Source: a virus
Lineage: Duplodnaviria; Caudoviricetes
DNA: 62,279 nt
Strand: one strand, 5' to 3'
Virus record (IMG/VR): IMGVR_UViG_3300035338_000024
Span: 1-62,279 of that record
Position numbers and translations under genes: made by a program. Each line of letters opens with the position of its first letter. Within the stretch, counting starts at the first letter, position 1. This document shows positions 57,001 to 62,279 of the stretch, in pieces. A model generated the notes under the pieces. The model was not told the DNA's origin. It searched no databases and worked only from the letters and a program-made list of their open reading frames with translations.

Positions 57001-58821
57001 GGGTGGTTCTGGACGTCCACCATCACCGACAAGGTGCTCCAGCAGATCGCCGCCGGCTTCGTGGACCCCAACGAGGCCGAGACCCGCCGGCTGCTTGCCC
57101 GGGGCCGCGACACCATCTGGGTGATCCCCGAGGGCCTGGCCGCCACCCTGGACGAGTTCTATCCTCCCAGCGACAAGAGCGAGGTGGGCATCGGCCGGTT
57201 TGGCGATTGGGCCATGAGTGCCTGGAAGCAGTACATCCTGCTCAACCCCTACAGCCTCATCAAGTACAACCTCAACAACACCAGCGGCGACGTGGACGTC
57301 TGCCTGGCCTACAACCCTGCCATCCTGAAATACGCCGGCCGGGCCTTCAAGGATCTGCGGCAGTGGCAGGGGAGGGACCGGGCGAAGCTTCCCCCGGCCG
57401 TGGCCGAGGAGCTGGAGCTTGCCCTTCGCCTGGGGGTGATCGGGTCCGGCTGGGCGGTGCAGGAGGTCCAGGACGTCTTCAAGATCCTGAAGACCGACCG
57501 GCTGATCGGCGACATCCTGCTAGACGAGCGCCCCAACTGGTTCAACCCCAAGACATACGGCGACGGCTATTGGCGCATGGCCCGGGGGGTGACGACCCTG
57601 CGGGAGAACGTGCTGCGCCTGGCCGCCTTCCGCTACTTCCGCGACAACAACGACAAGCGCCTATACGGGGCGAGCCGGCGGGAGGAGGTGGACGCCATCG
57701 AGGACCGGGACGAAAAGGCCGCGAAGCTCGCCCGGGAGTTGCTGGGGGACTACGGGAACATCTCCAAGACGGGTGGCTGGCTGCGCAAGCGCCTGATCCC
57801 GTTCTACGCCTGGCTGGAAATCAACGCCCCGCGTTACGCCTACATGATGTGCAACACCCGGTACGAGGACCGCGAGCCGGGGGCCGTGGCCCTGCGCACG
57901 GCCGGAGTGGCCGGCAAGAAGGCCGCCTTTTCGGCCGCGAAGCTCGCCCTGCGCGCTGGCATGCTCTACGGGGCGGTCATGCTCTGGAACATGCTCTTCT
58001 TCGGGGACGAGGAGGAGGAGCTGGCGGCCGGCGGCCGGGACCAGCTGCACCTGATCCTGGGGCGCAACGAGGACGGCACCATCCGGTCGATCCGCTTCCA
58101 GGGAGCCCTCTCCGACGCTCTTTCCTTTTTTGGTCTGGAGGACTTCCCCCAGGACGTCAAGGACGTGATGAAGGGGAAGTCCACCATCCTGGAAAAGCTC
58201 ATCGAGGCCCCCAAGGCCCTCACCAACCGGATGTTTCAGGGGATCCGGCCGGACCTCAAGACCGCGGCCGAGGCGGTGGCCGGGCAGCGCTACTTCCCCG
58301 ATGTCTGGCGGCCGACCCCCATCCGGGACACGGTCCGGCACATACTGCAGACCTTTAAGCTGGAGAGGATCTACGACGAGGTGACCGGCCAGCCGCGCCG
58401 CAGCGACGGGGTGGCCGCCCACCTGTGGGGGGACCTCAAGTCCCTGTTGATCTTCGAAAGCGACCCCGGGGAAATGGCCTACTTTACCACCCGCAAGCTC
58501 GTGTTCGACTACCTGCGGGAGCAGGGCCTGGAGCGGCCCGACGCGAAGCCCACCAAGAAGGGCAATGCCCTCTATTTCTACAAGAAGGCCCTGCGCTACG
58601 GCGACATGCGGGCCGCCGAGAAGTACCTCCAGAAATACTATCAGCTGGGGGGGCGGCCAAAGCAGATCAAGGAGAGCATCCAGAAGGCCCACCCCCTGGC
58701 AGGGGTCCCCGAGCGGCTGCGGCACCGCTTCCGGCAGTCGCTCTCCCCGGGTGACGCCGCCACGGTGGCCCGGGCCATGGAGTGGTATCGGATGGCCTAC
58801 GGCAGCAATCCACCGAACTGA
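45031..58821 (+). CDS. 4596-aa DarB-like polyvalent protein (InPase, adenine MTase, strawberry-notch SF2 helicase, RadC/JAB, zincin peptidase, LPD-like C-terminus)
   Basis: AGNYKKGH...DGDQVDVF; EPAAGTG/NPPF; GDQTGVGKG/DESH/GRINRKGQ; HNHPGG...SSHD; HEAFGH. Confidence 0.9.
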   Translation: MDEIVKGWLQDPEFRRLGAEQQRSIVGHHFDTDYADDEFRALAADEQARVREYFLAQSGLKPPAPPPPRMAQRLPTQRPGAGVGASARPVQTRELATDPELPENRRMRELSQGPAARLAGDLEQGMLQVNLGRLRSRQVYDGDDTPEVRNGIANIKAQIRPPAENVGTVESFLGSAFRMLPTMGATMWTGAKAGAKELLQHPEAPAPAFARGFQLSAAMEMGRIEAGLAYDELLELRDDRGNAIDPKVARLVAGGVGAVNGLIEVAQIGWLAKAFPGAQSVATRAIARGLAKLGQSGALKAAAARASKVAGSIAGRNAIKFGEFLAGEVAQEVTQESANIVGAFVAAEMDAEMNAAGIPELQRAAIIERLKETAVESAKAFVVIGAPGAAVSVGHDVQHSLKNPGEEASTPEDIILGRPAGSAPPSAPPVGPDGGTRRAPMRMASEAPAADSFMPEAAAPPAVSPIPAAPPGPGAPPAAPVSAGALSRLAVPAPPRTPADVALDEDDALAGADPREVDRLAAQAEQEKQAEVAIQANDAATSLQNDRPEPTEGQKKAGNYKKGHINVLGFDITVENPAGSTRSGKAPDGTEWEVEMQDHYGYFRRSLGKDGDQVDVFLGPAVNTPKAFVIDQMDPNTGEFDEHKVILGAANAQQAREIYQRNYEEGWNGFGGMTEMEPAQLKAWLGDGTRKRTPLDPSVPVKAVKSAATVGGMAFTDKEAAALEAAKKADALAKANSNGETARKVAAGLGIEFNGVDPAAQYLFTDPVTGDTFAVSKLGDAHKRLAELRAKKGVPAPAPEALAVPQAPDGLESILDEIRKKGAEQRAKEEAEARTGAEPEAQSGAPTPSTDSTPEKIPKPKRQRAKQAPITVRGWIKKMGGINPVNMAAEFKEAAVAVKMLLRKNGTPYDKIETALKSEGYLLEGENLLDLLIGDHERAKEVLKRRNTDITARSGDDLTHKEKQLLSQMEYEPEDPPPGEYVQVNAEDLPEGRPLTIIAGHGPDGWDIYKIIDKDPFGVTLQDGTTVELAPFDRVDVLKSDLEGETKPKMENGPGEAPAETNAEAPAPEAPEAPEPAAAPEPGKPTLDLKQETHGQQRPKPLHDSRPIKSGHRGGKLGPDDYFSTPSSRDEAQPGLGFQNPRQPDLFAGGERKPEATPEKIPGTKAVAQRMLAGEERFIESVMEQFGKTREEAERVLARFKETKLVHIDSVTGQYQLKTGASWEQDVIDRAAAEPKKPRHLPAPAPVEIKGGLGDPAAFFGLSPKQRIRALLKLFGDVVRSRGERLNKVGLQQVVARALGVERGPLLADSRYNQKFVEEVFEGAIAAEARRVIDAARAEGFTVAETFAELQRLYEWQPNLATRTSTSTINQAYSTPVHLGYLLQELAGVTRDATVYEPAAGTGMLLTAASQHKAHANEINLLRSEILRAMGFTASQEDGATLNAGRHDPNERDADAVVANPPFGAIPTVKVDGYNVSQIDHRIMADALRAMKDDGRAAFIIGGHNLGSNGQIRHAPFFNWLHHFYNVTHNVEVDGQLYSRQGTKYDFRIIVIDGRKAEPGGAAPDSGFLSASTPDELLNLFGGLADATVASRGVEALSRGEAPAGGVGGGETADRGNLPDGPPNQGAPDDRGPGGAQGPRGGGAVPGQAGGRGDARGAAGRASDQRPVDAPGPGPDTLPPRGDDAGERPGQPAGEGAGPRSADTRADEKGNGGREPGGVPAGERGPDALGGILDQIRREGARQREKEAAEKAAADAAKAQADFDRLANNLNDLLDDPNFSRRPAEAIADDDPRWLKVREILRQMWEATAKLAATVAERASLFITQTYAKLKAAAEPYLLKFAQADIAAALEAEKQQQERKDEVPGGADAYQAPYVPRSKGPVVDETLVPRKMAQDTQAALEALEARVGDIDRYVASRLDYKSTKALWDALSADQVDAVALAIDNIERGYGMIIGDQTGVGKGRVAASLYRYARLQGLKPIFFTEKPNLFSDFYRDIRDIGQKVFKPFLMASNRDLANIVDEDGEVVIPTPGLRERAGLLKAGDDAAVARAMSPHDGILSTYSQVRQPNDAQTVLILLARDNIMILDESHNASGESATGEFVRGALAEVRGVAYLSATFAKRPDTMPVYFRTAIGTSNMQMEQLIDAISAGGTPLQEWVSAALAKMGQYIRREKSFKGIEIRSHFDTANRERDARRADEATAILREILEVDRLVADSLADAIRTIKNAKPKDLRKAKKVVIGGVEFDPIGIRPGSKRPVRASVNTANFASTVHNKIRQLLLAMKADAAVEAAIEELKAGRKPIIAVANTMESFVTDLVNQGMMRVGDRFDLNFGNILERALRRTLRVSITTPQGEEIQVDLDPAELGEKLEEAFDTALEMIRNSRLDVPGSPIDHIRRKLKEAGYSSEEITGRGYVADIENPVPTLRLRTGKERSDRKGIIHRFNSGALDVVIINSAGSTGISMHASPKFTDQRPRVYIGVQAELNVDTEVQKMGRINRKGQTALPSYRLLFLDLPTEIRPAAVLSRKLKSLSANTSANADSPVSQKELPDMLNRYGDLAAAEWVRQHGIQLPSGEWQVPGMKGIRLNPDGGIVQISGRVGVQSIAMQEQFWEWVEGAYKDTIEWMKEIGTFDLEVGEYDFKAKTLSRTTLNAGRARGPNNVFTLPTTLEQVEVVSPTKPYKIARIQEMVDEELAGKSPQEYSRGLIDRLRKELAEYLGTEIARINSEFSQEPGEDGVSPAASQIARLRGRTDEQFQKIERMLSRRFLGKPYIVSGVEGAPDMHAVLVKVRLAKAAGSPVAPGRVRLVFAVNSPMRTLSLPISKIDAANLFVLDTSEAVLRSWDSAAALHATERRHILTGNLLDAYSHVRSQARLVRFTREDGSWDMGVLAPRNFKADKVDTRVALDPEMAVRAALLGMRISSGSVEVMRDADDLLVTVPKSKSLGARFYQDQDLLALAEGGEFQSSANYMSAAFPAKNTRRVVERIIALGEVFKVSQADFKVLSSHAADTTLREPEATYLAEPKSIGMRPMVQASLDFSGKAKDGEPKAPTFKRPTPLVRMATSGDIAAAGNVIFSVDDAASLLAHIRKEAQEHMMVVVVDSQGLVLEVQRYTVGTHGSSQFNLAELTGRVLNIPGAAKAYIAHNHPGGTTGPSSHDIAMANHVRAILALRGIDFETFVIAGTNYESFSDGIVTSNSRSIRPTVRRARVPIVRRVLKSTADRGPGITGPDEMGAWIRAAGDPEGFILLDNLNRPVGVVPKAKGMPIREFAAEVVAGLEATNASGMVYSSRSEIKAGTPELDAVRSIRSMMQYTARMLDVYERGVSAASTTGLDRFDDKIAHVDIAAQRANDERPLFLLGRRPKAKRFARLNKAEAESAARKVMDGWRAAPGLVVVAQQSELPEGILAKSKGDIVDAAYWRGKVYVVAENVENPAHLATAVLHEAFGHHGLRIALPAPEIISLLDAIYRGNREAVGRIGKDYGFDTATPKGQRLAADEWFARQAQELEGYKLWLKRAAAAVARMMRRLGFSINEDDARIRQALLDARKAVIEGSGAVASGWGAAPAFSARGRVAAQAEAGPDWKGALPPEVVQREAAARGIPKAALLDNLRDWGRVLVHQAHHFPHLQTVKNRVERARLNDILRRHQEVPSIAKQQALEMISSWTRGLSQSEYELFRVSVITADLLRDLESGLYSAEDGAERPLPFGYANHQELRDTFQRLKDLAGDHPKVVRALEARQESIRDMTRRLVEAKQIKRENLGNGDYYHHQVIQYWAMDRGIQVGSKDVRTKWRPWKAARTGSQMDYNTEYVEAEFMALASQIAQLETVETLRHVKAESDIFKALVGEAKQRNLANLWAKARREGWVEHYPPGHEREGEEIDILLPWKQKIAMARAKLAKMAERGELDFDSEWDDLVDELAQDPDMDHPRWFQFLSYLIDKQKPGANWAATIFKAIRERNQFIESTLGDEFLTWQKVLAEREGYVEWKPDPGKGWFWTSTITDKVLQQIAAGFVDPNEAETRRLLARGRDTIWVIPEGLAATLDEFYPPSDKSEVGIGRFGDWAMSAWKQYILLNPYSLIKYNLNNTSGDVDVCLAYNPAILKYAGRAFKDLRQWQGRDRAKLPPAVAEELELALRLGVIGSGWAVQEVQDVFKILKTDRLIGDILLDERPNWFNPKTYGDGYWRMARGVTTLRENVLRLAAFRYFRDNNDKRLYGASRREEVDAIEDRDEKAAKLARELLGDYGNISKTGGWLRKRLIPFYAWLEINAPRYAYMMCNTRYEDREPGAVALRTAGVAGKKAAFSAAKLALRAGMLYGAVMLWNMLFFGDEEEELAAGGRDQLHLILGRNEDGTIRSIRFQGALSDALSFFGLEDFPQDVKDVMKGKSTILEKLIEAPKALTNRMFQGIRPDLKTAAEAVAGQRYFPDVWRPTPIRDTVRHILQTFKLERIYDEVTGQPRRSDGVAAHLWGDLKSLLIFESDPGEMAYFTTRKLVFDYLREQGLERPDAKPTKKGNALYFYKKALRYGDMRAAEKYLQKYYQLGGRPKQIKESIQKAHPLAGVPERLRHRFRQSLSPGDAATVARAMEWYRMAYGSNPPN
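49787..50218 (+). CDS. Nested 143-aa gene in +1 frame of the giant gene
   Basis: GGAGG 8 nt before ATG; high GC3 in this frame; globular helical composition. Confidence 0.7.
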   Translation: MQPWLPEELKPYPAARRLLAVWVGEKPPTGATYPMALRTRVRRMIEDLGVPRARAVVEQFLDRPVEGETPEELLAELQTSARWMHPGQALTHYLRGETTLENVLDNLQAREPDLEAPTPEQMKKEMEAVSLEEFLLESEGRML

Positions 58822-58840
58822 CCGCGAGAGAGCGCGCTGA

Positions 58841-59395
58841 ATGGAACCTGTGACCCTCTCGATTTCGAGCGCAAAGGACGCCTTGGCCCTGGTCGTGGGC
58901 TTGGGGACGGTGCTGGGCACCATCGCGGGCGGGGTGGCCGCATGGACGGCCATGAGGCTTTCGCTGAGAGGGCTGAAAAGGCGCGTGGGCAGTCTGGAGA
59001 ATTCGCGCAAGGCCGACCAGGAGGCCCGGGACCAAGACGCGAAAGACGCCACCGAGGCCGCCGAGAAGCGCCTGGCCGACCTGAAGTCCGAGTTGAAAAC
59101 CTACATGAACGGCAACTTCACCCGGCTGGAAGCCAGGATCGAGGAGCAGACCCTGCGCCTTTATCGGGCGGTATACACCCAGGACGACATGCCCCGGTTC
59201 GTGAACGGAGGGGATTGCCGAACCTACCGGCTTGAGTGCCGCGCCGGCCTTAAGGAAAGCGTCGAGGAGCTGAAGGGGATGCTGCTCAAGTTCGACGAGC
59301 GCCGCGAGGTCTCCCGCGGGGAAATCATGGGCGCGGTGGGGGCCCTGGCCCGGGAGGTTTCCGAAATGCGCGGTCAGCTGAAAGCGGAGGCCTGA
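58841..59395 (+). CDS. Membrane-anchored coiled-coil protein of the lysis region
   Basis: One N-terminal TM helix then coiled coil; precedes endolysin. Confidence 0.65.
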   Translation: MEPVTLSISSAKDALALVVGLGTVLGTIAGGVAAWTAMRLSLRGLKRRVGSLENSRKADQEARDQDAKDATEAAEKRLADLKSELKTYMNGNFTRLEARIEEQTLRLYRAVYTQDDMPRFVNGGDCRTYRLECRAGLKESVEELKGMLLKFDERREVSRGEIMGAVGALAREVSEMRGQLKAEA

Positions 59396-59398
59396 CCC

Positions 59399-59836
59399 GT
59401 GGATCTGGCCGAGAAGCTGATTCGCAGCGATGAGGGTTACCGTGAGCGGGTTTACCTTTGCACCGCCGGAGTGCCCACGGGGGGCTGGGGGCACGCCTTT
59501 CATGTGGGATCCCGGCTGCCGGCCGAGATCTGGGAGGCAATCTTCCGCTTCGACATGGGGGAGGCCGTCCGGGGCTACGAGTCCCTGCGGCTCGACTTGG
59601 ATCCGGTTCGCCGGGCGGTGGTCGTCAGCATGATCTACCAGCTTGGCCTGGACGGCTTCATCGGCTTCAGGAACCTCAACCAGGTGCTCCGGATTTCCAC
59701 CCTCCGACCGCTGAGGCCCGAGGAATGGACGGTGGCCGCGGGGCACATGCTCGATTCCAAGTGGGCCCGCAAGGACACCCCCGAGCGGGCCCGAAGGCTG
59801 GCCAGCATCCTGCGAACAGGGGAGGTGCCCGGGTGA
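59399..59836 (+). CDS. Endolysin, T4-type lysozyme (GH24)
   Basis: DEGYRERVYLCTAGVPTGGWGH, HMLDSKWA, RARRLA. Confidence 0.9.
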   Translation: MDLAEKLIRSDEGYRERVYLCTAGVPTGGWGHAFHVGSRLPAEIWEAIFRFDMGEAVRGYESLRLDLDPVRRAVVVSMIYQLGLDGFIGFRNLNQVLRISTLRPLRPEEWTVAAGHMLDSKWARKDTPERARRLASILRTGEVPG

Positions 59837-60291
59837 AGGAGTTTGCCCAGCCCCTCATCGTCCCGATTGCCGAGGACCTCTACCGCCTGGTGGAGACCTA
59901 CTCCTACGAATGGGACAACGCCGGCATCCGCAACCGGCTCACCATCCCCGCGGGCTTCGAGTTCGACGGGGCCAGCGCCCCGCGTATCATCTGGACCCTG
60001 ACCGGGATAATTCCGGACGGCCTCATTCGGGCGGCCGCCCTGGTCCACGACTTCATTTACCGCCACGGAGGGCGGCTGCCGGCCGGGGTCCACCAGGTGC
60101 TCGTAAACGGCGAGTGGGTAGACGCGCGTGGGCGGTGGACCCGGGGGCAGGCCGACAAGATGTTCGCCCGCCTCATGCGCGAGGCGGGTTACTCAAAGAC
60201 GCGCCGGCGGGCGGCCTACCTGGGGGTGCGGCTGTTCGGCTGGGCATCATGGAAAGGAAAAACGAATGCAGAACTTGCGACCGTATCTTGA
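59833..60291 (+). CDS. DUF1353 domain protein
   Basis: IPAGFEFDGASAPR...AALVHDFIY...QADKMF. Confidence 0.85.
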   Translation: MKEFAQPLIVPIAEDLYRLVETYSYEWDNAGIRNRLTIPAGFEFDGASAPRIIWTLTGIIPDGLIRAAALVHDFIYRHGGRLPAGVHQVLVNGEWVDARGRWTRGQADKMFARLMREAGYSKTRRRAAYLGVRLFGWASWKGKTNAELATVS

Positions 60292-60529
60292 AGGGGCCGC
60301 GGCCAGCCGCACCATGAAGGGCAACGCCGCCGGCATGGTGATTCTGCCCTGGCTGGTGAGCCTGGGTGCCGGCTATGTCGAATCCCGTTGGGGCATCCGG
60401 GTCCCCGCGGAGGTTCAGGTGGCCGTGGCGACCACCATCCTGGGGGTGGCGAACATGGGCCTGCGGATGATCACCCGGCAGAGCCTTCTGGCCCGAGGGG
60501 GAGGGGAGGCGGCTATTCTTGGCAAGTGA
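60266..60529 (+). CDS. Putative holin
   Basis: 87 aa, two hydrophobic segments, SRT...ANMGLRMIT pattern. Confidence 0.6.
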   Translation: MQNLRPYLEGAAASRTMKGNAAGMVILPWLVSLGAGYVESRWGIRVPAEVQVAVATTILGVANMGLRMITRQSLLARGGGEAAILGK

Positions 60530-60530
60530 A

Positions 60531-60673
60531 TCCGAAGTCCTGGTTGTGGCCGAGGTTGAAAAAGAGGAGACGGTTGTCCAGTGTCTGAAGTATCCTGGGG
60601 TTCCTGCCCTACCGTTCACGGCCTTCCGCAGCTACCAGGTGCATTTGAAGGCGACCGCATTTGTGAACGTCAT
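60531..60673 (-). pseudogene. Decayed second copy of ihf plus start of the TnpV-like gene
   Basis: MTFTN-AVAFKCTW*LRKAVNGR vs MAFTK...VVSFKCSGKLRMLLNGR; ILQTLDNRLLFFNLGHNQDFG vs MILKILDNRILYFNPGRSLDFG. Confidence 0.75.
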
Positions 60674-60787
60674 GAGCGCTCCTTGAGAGTGAATGGCGAT
60701 AAGTGCTGACCAAGGATGCGTCAGGACAGGATCCCAAAATAGTTTTTAAAGGCCTTGCCCACTAATACCCTTATTATAGTTTATGAT

Positions 60788-61471
60788 CTAATCGTTATTC
60801 CCTGATTGGTGATCGAAGGCATATTCGTCGTATATTCTTTTAAAGTCCTCTTTTTTAAGGCCCTTTGCTGATTGGGAAATGTTCCTGATTTCATCGTTAA
60901 GTTTATCATCAAACTTCAGATAACTTTTATGCATTTCTCCCATAATATCATAAACGGGAGAATTAGAATTGCAAAGATGAAAGCCTATAAGCCATTGAAT
61001 TTCACGAGCAGATTTGTACAAAGTTATTACACGATCACCCCATAGCTTTATGATTGAATTCTTTTTGTTTTCGTCGGTCGAAAAGCATAATTCCTTGTAT
61101 GCTTCTCTACTAAAATTAGCCAGTTCCTCGTTCTGCTTATTTAAGTTCTCTAAAGATGCATGAATAAGCTGGTAAGATATACGTTGATGTGCATTGAGAT
61201 TTGAAAACGCATCTTTAAAGTGCTGTCTATAAAACATGTTTTCTACGGGAAGTGCTGCTGTCGGTTCCAACCCATCTATGGAGAAAATTTGAATTTGGCG
61301 ACTGTGAATCATGATTACGCGCCTAAGTTGGTCATGAATATCTTGGAGCTCAAGAAGCAATCCTTTGCGGTATTTACGAGAATTCCAAAAAATCTTTAAA
61401 ATATCAGTTCCTTGTGCCAGGAACCACCCAACAGCCACCGAAACCAATGAAATAGCAACACTATTTTCCAT
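60788..61471 (-). CDS. AT-rich hypothetical protein with N-terminal TM helix
   Basis: 227-aa ORF with AGGAG RBS. Confidence 0.8.
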   Translation of the reverse strand: MENSVAISLVSVAVGWFLAQGTDILKIFWNSRKYRKGLLLELQDIHDQLRRVIMIHSRQIQIFSIDGLEPTAALPVENMFYRQHFKDAFSNLNAHQRISYQLIHASLENLNKQNEELANFSREAYKELCFSTDENKKNSIIKLWGDRVITLYKSAREIQWLIGFHLCNSNSPVYDIMGEMHKSYLKFDDKLNDEIRNISQSAKGLKKEDFKRIYDEYAFDHQSGNND

Positions 61472-61787
61472 TATATCTGTGCTCCTATAGCTCTGGCGCC
61501 CTCTCTGGTAATCAGAATCGTCTTGGACTAGATAGCTTCCTTATAATATTATATGACAGCATAGGTTTCAAGCAGATATTCAAGATCTTTTTAATTATTA
61601 TCTTCGAACGTTTCTCGCCCAATTTAAAGCCAATGAGTGCCTTTAGGTGGGATGACGACTCTTAACGTGGGAGTATTCGTGGGATGGACAGACTAAATGT
61701 CTTGGAAACGGAATCGTGCCGCACTGCACCCCATCTCATTGGACGAAAAATAATGGAAATTGAATGATCGCTGGCAGGAAGTAGCGA

Positions 61788-61809
61788 GAGGCGGAGCAAC
61801 CCGCCTTTC
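61788..61809 (-). terminator. Hairpin after the last gene
   Basis: AGGCGG-AGCAAC-CCGCCT inverted repeat adjacent to the stop codon; weak U tract. Confidence 0.35.
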
Positions 61810-62279
61810 TATTTGCGCCGAGCAAAGGAAAGTAGGTTTTGAATCCGATGAATGACTATGCGGCGGTTTTCTTTTTCTTCTGTGCAGTTGTATTCGCTGG
61901 AGTATGCTATAAGAACACTGTCGCCAATATTTTTAGTCATCCATCTTTGCCCGACTTCTTTTTGTGTATATTCGTCCCAAGCCTTGTTGAAGGCGTATCT
62001 TTCAGATGGGCTTAGATTTATCTCGAACTGTATACTTGCTTCATGGTGCTTGTCGTATGCTTCTTTTAAGATGTTTATTACATGCTTTTCACACTGAGGG
62101 TCGTAATCAATCAAATGCTGAATTTTTCTCACCTCTGGCAAGAAAGCGGCGTGGAATTTTGCGACTGCATCATTGTGCTCTTTACGCTTATCTCGTTCCG
62201 TGCTGAAACGGTGGGCAAAAAAGGAAGCGAGTAGCCCAGTGAACACGCCGCCTATGAATGTGATGATAGACTCACCCAT
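61809..62279 (-). CDS. AT-rich hypothetical protein with N-terminal TM helix
   Basis: 156-aa ORF; IITFIGGVFTGLLASFFA followed by basic residues. Confidence 0.8.
   Translation of the reverse strand: MGESIITFIGGVFTGLLASFFAHRFSTERDKRKEHNDAVAKFHAAFLPEVRKIQHLIDYDPQCEKHVINILKEAYDKHHEASIQFEINLSPSERYAFNKAWDEYTQKEVGQRWMTKNIGDSVLIAYSSEYNCTEEKENRRIVIHRIQNLLSFARRK

Larger units (their letters stand above)
1..60529. mobile_element. Temperate podovirus-like prophage (integrase to lysis genes); att sites not identified, may extend to the window end
   Basis: Integrase, xis, CI/Cro, replication, terminase, portal, capsid, short-tail genes without tape measure or sheath, and endolysin in canonical order. Confidence 0.95.

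Noticed and set aside
23951-59052. Many long minus-strand ORFs opposite the structural genes (e.g. 26454..28133, 54595..56805)
   Set aside because: Antisense shadows expected from GC-rich codon bias; no motifs or RBS
1-62279. tRNA/rRNA genes and att core duplication
   Set aside because: None recognised; the window starts at the integrase stop, so attL lies outside it

Overview
Almost the whole window is one temperate podovirus-like prophage of about 61 kb, GC-rich by eye. The IHF sequence suggests a deltaproteobacterial/Desulfobacterota host (inference). Order from left: tyrosine integrase and excisionase; a leftward early operon (small accessory genes, lipoprotein, ASCH, HNH, recombination genes); a CI/Cro-like switch; replication genes (initiator with iterons, SSB, VRR-NUC); an IHF gene next to a lower-GC restriction-modification cassette (RHH regulator, Vsr, two C5-MTases, a type ISP/IIG-like enzyme); terminases, portal, scaffold and N4-gp56-type capsid; adaptor/tail genes; putative ejection proteins; a 4596-aa DarB-like polyvalent protein; lysis genes; two AT-rich orphan genes. 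Most notable: (1) four consecutive tail genes each begin with a classical Sec signal peptide; (2) a well-formed 143-aa gene is overprinted in the +1 frame inside the giant gene; (3) both low-GC cargo cassettes abut copies of the same ihf-tnpV-like module, one of them decayed; (4) the RM enzyme has NPPS instead of NPPY and is paired with two cytosine methylases; (5) a 19-bp TTGACA-containing motif precedes both the packaging operon and the last ejection/giant genes. All family assignments are from motif recognition by eye, not database searches.
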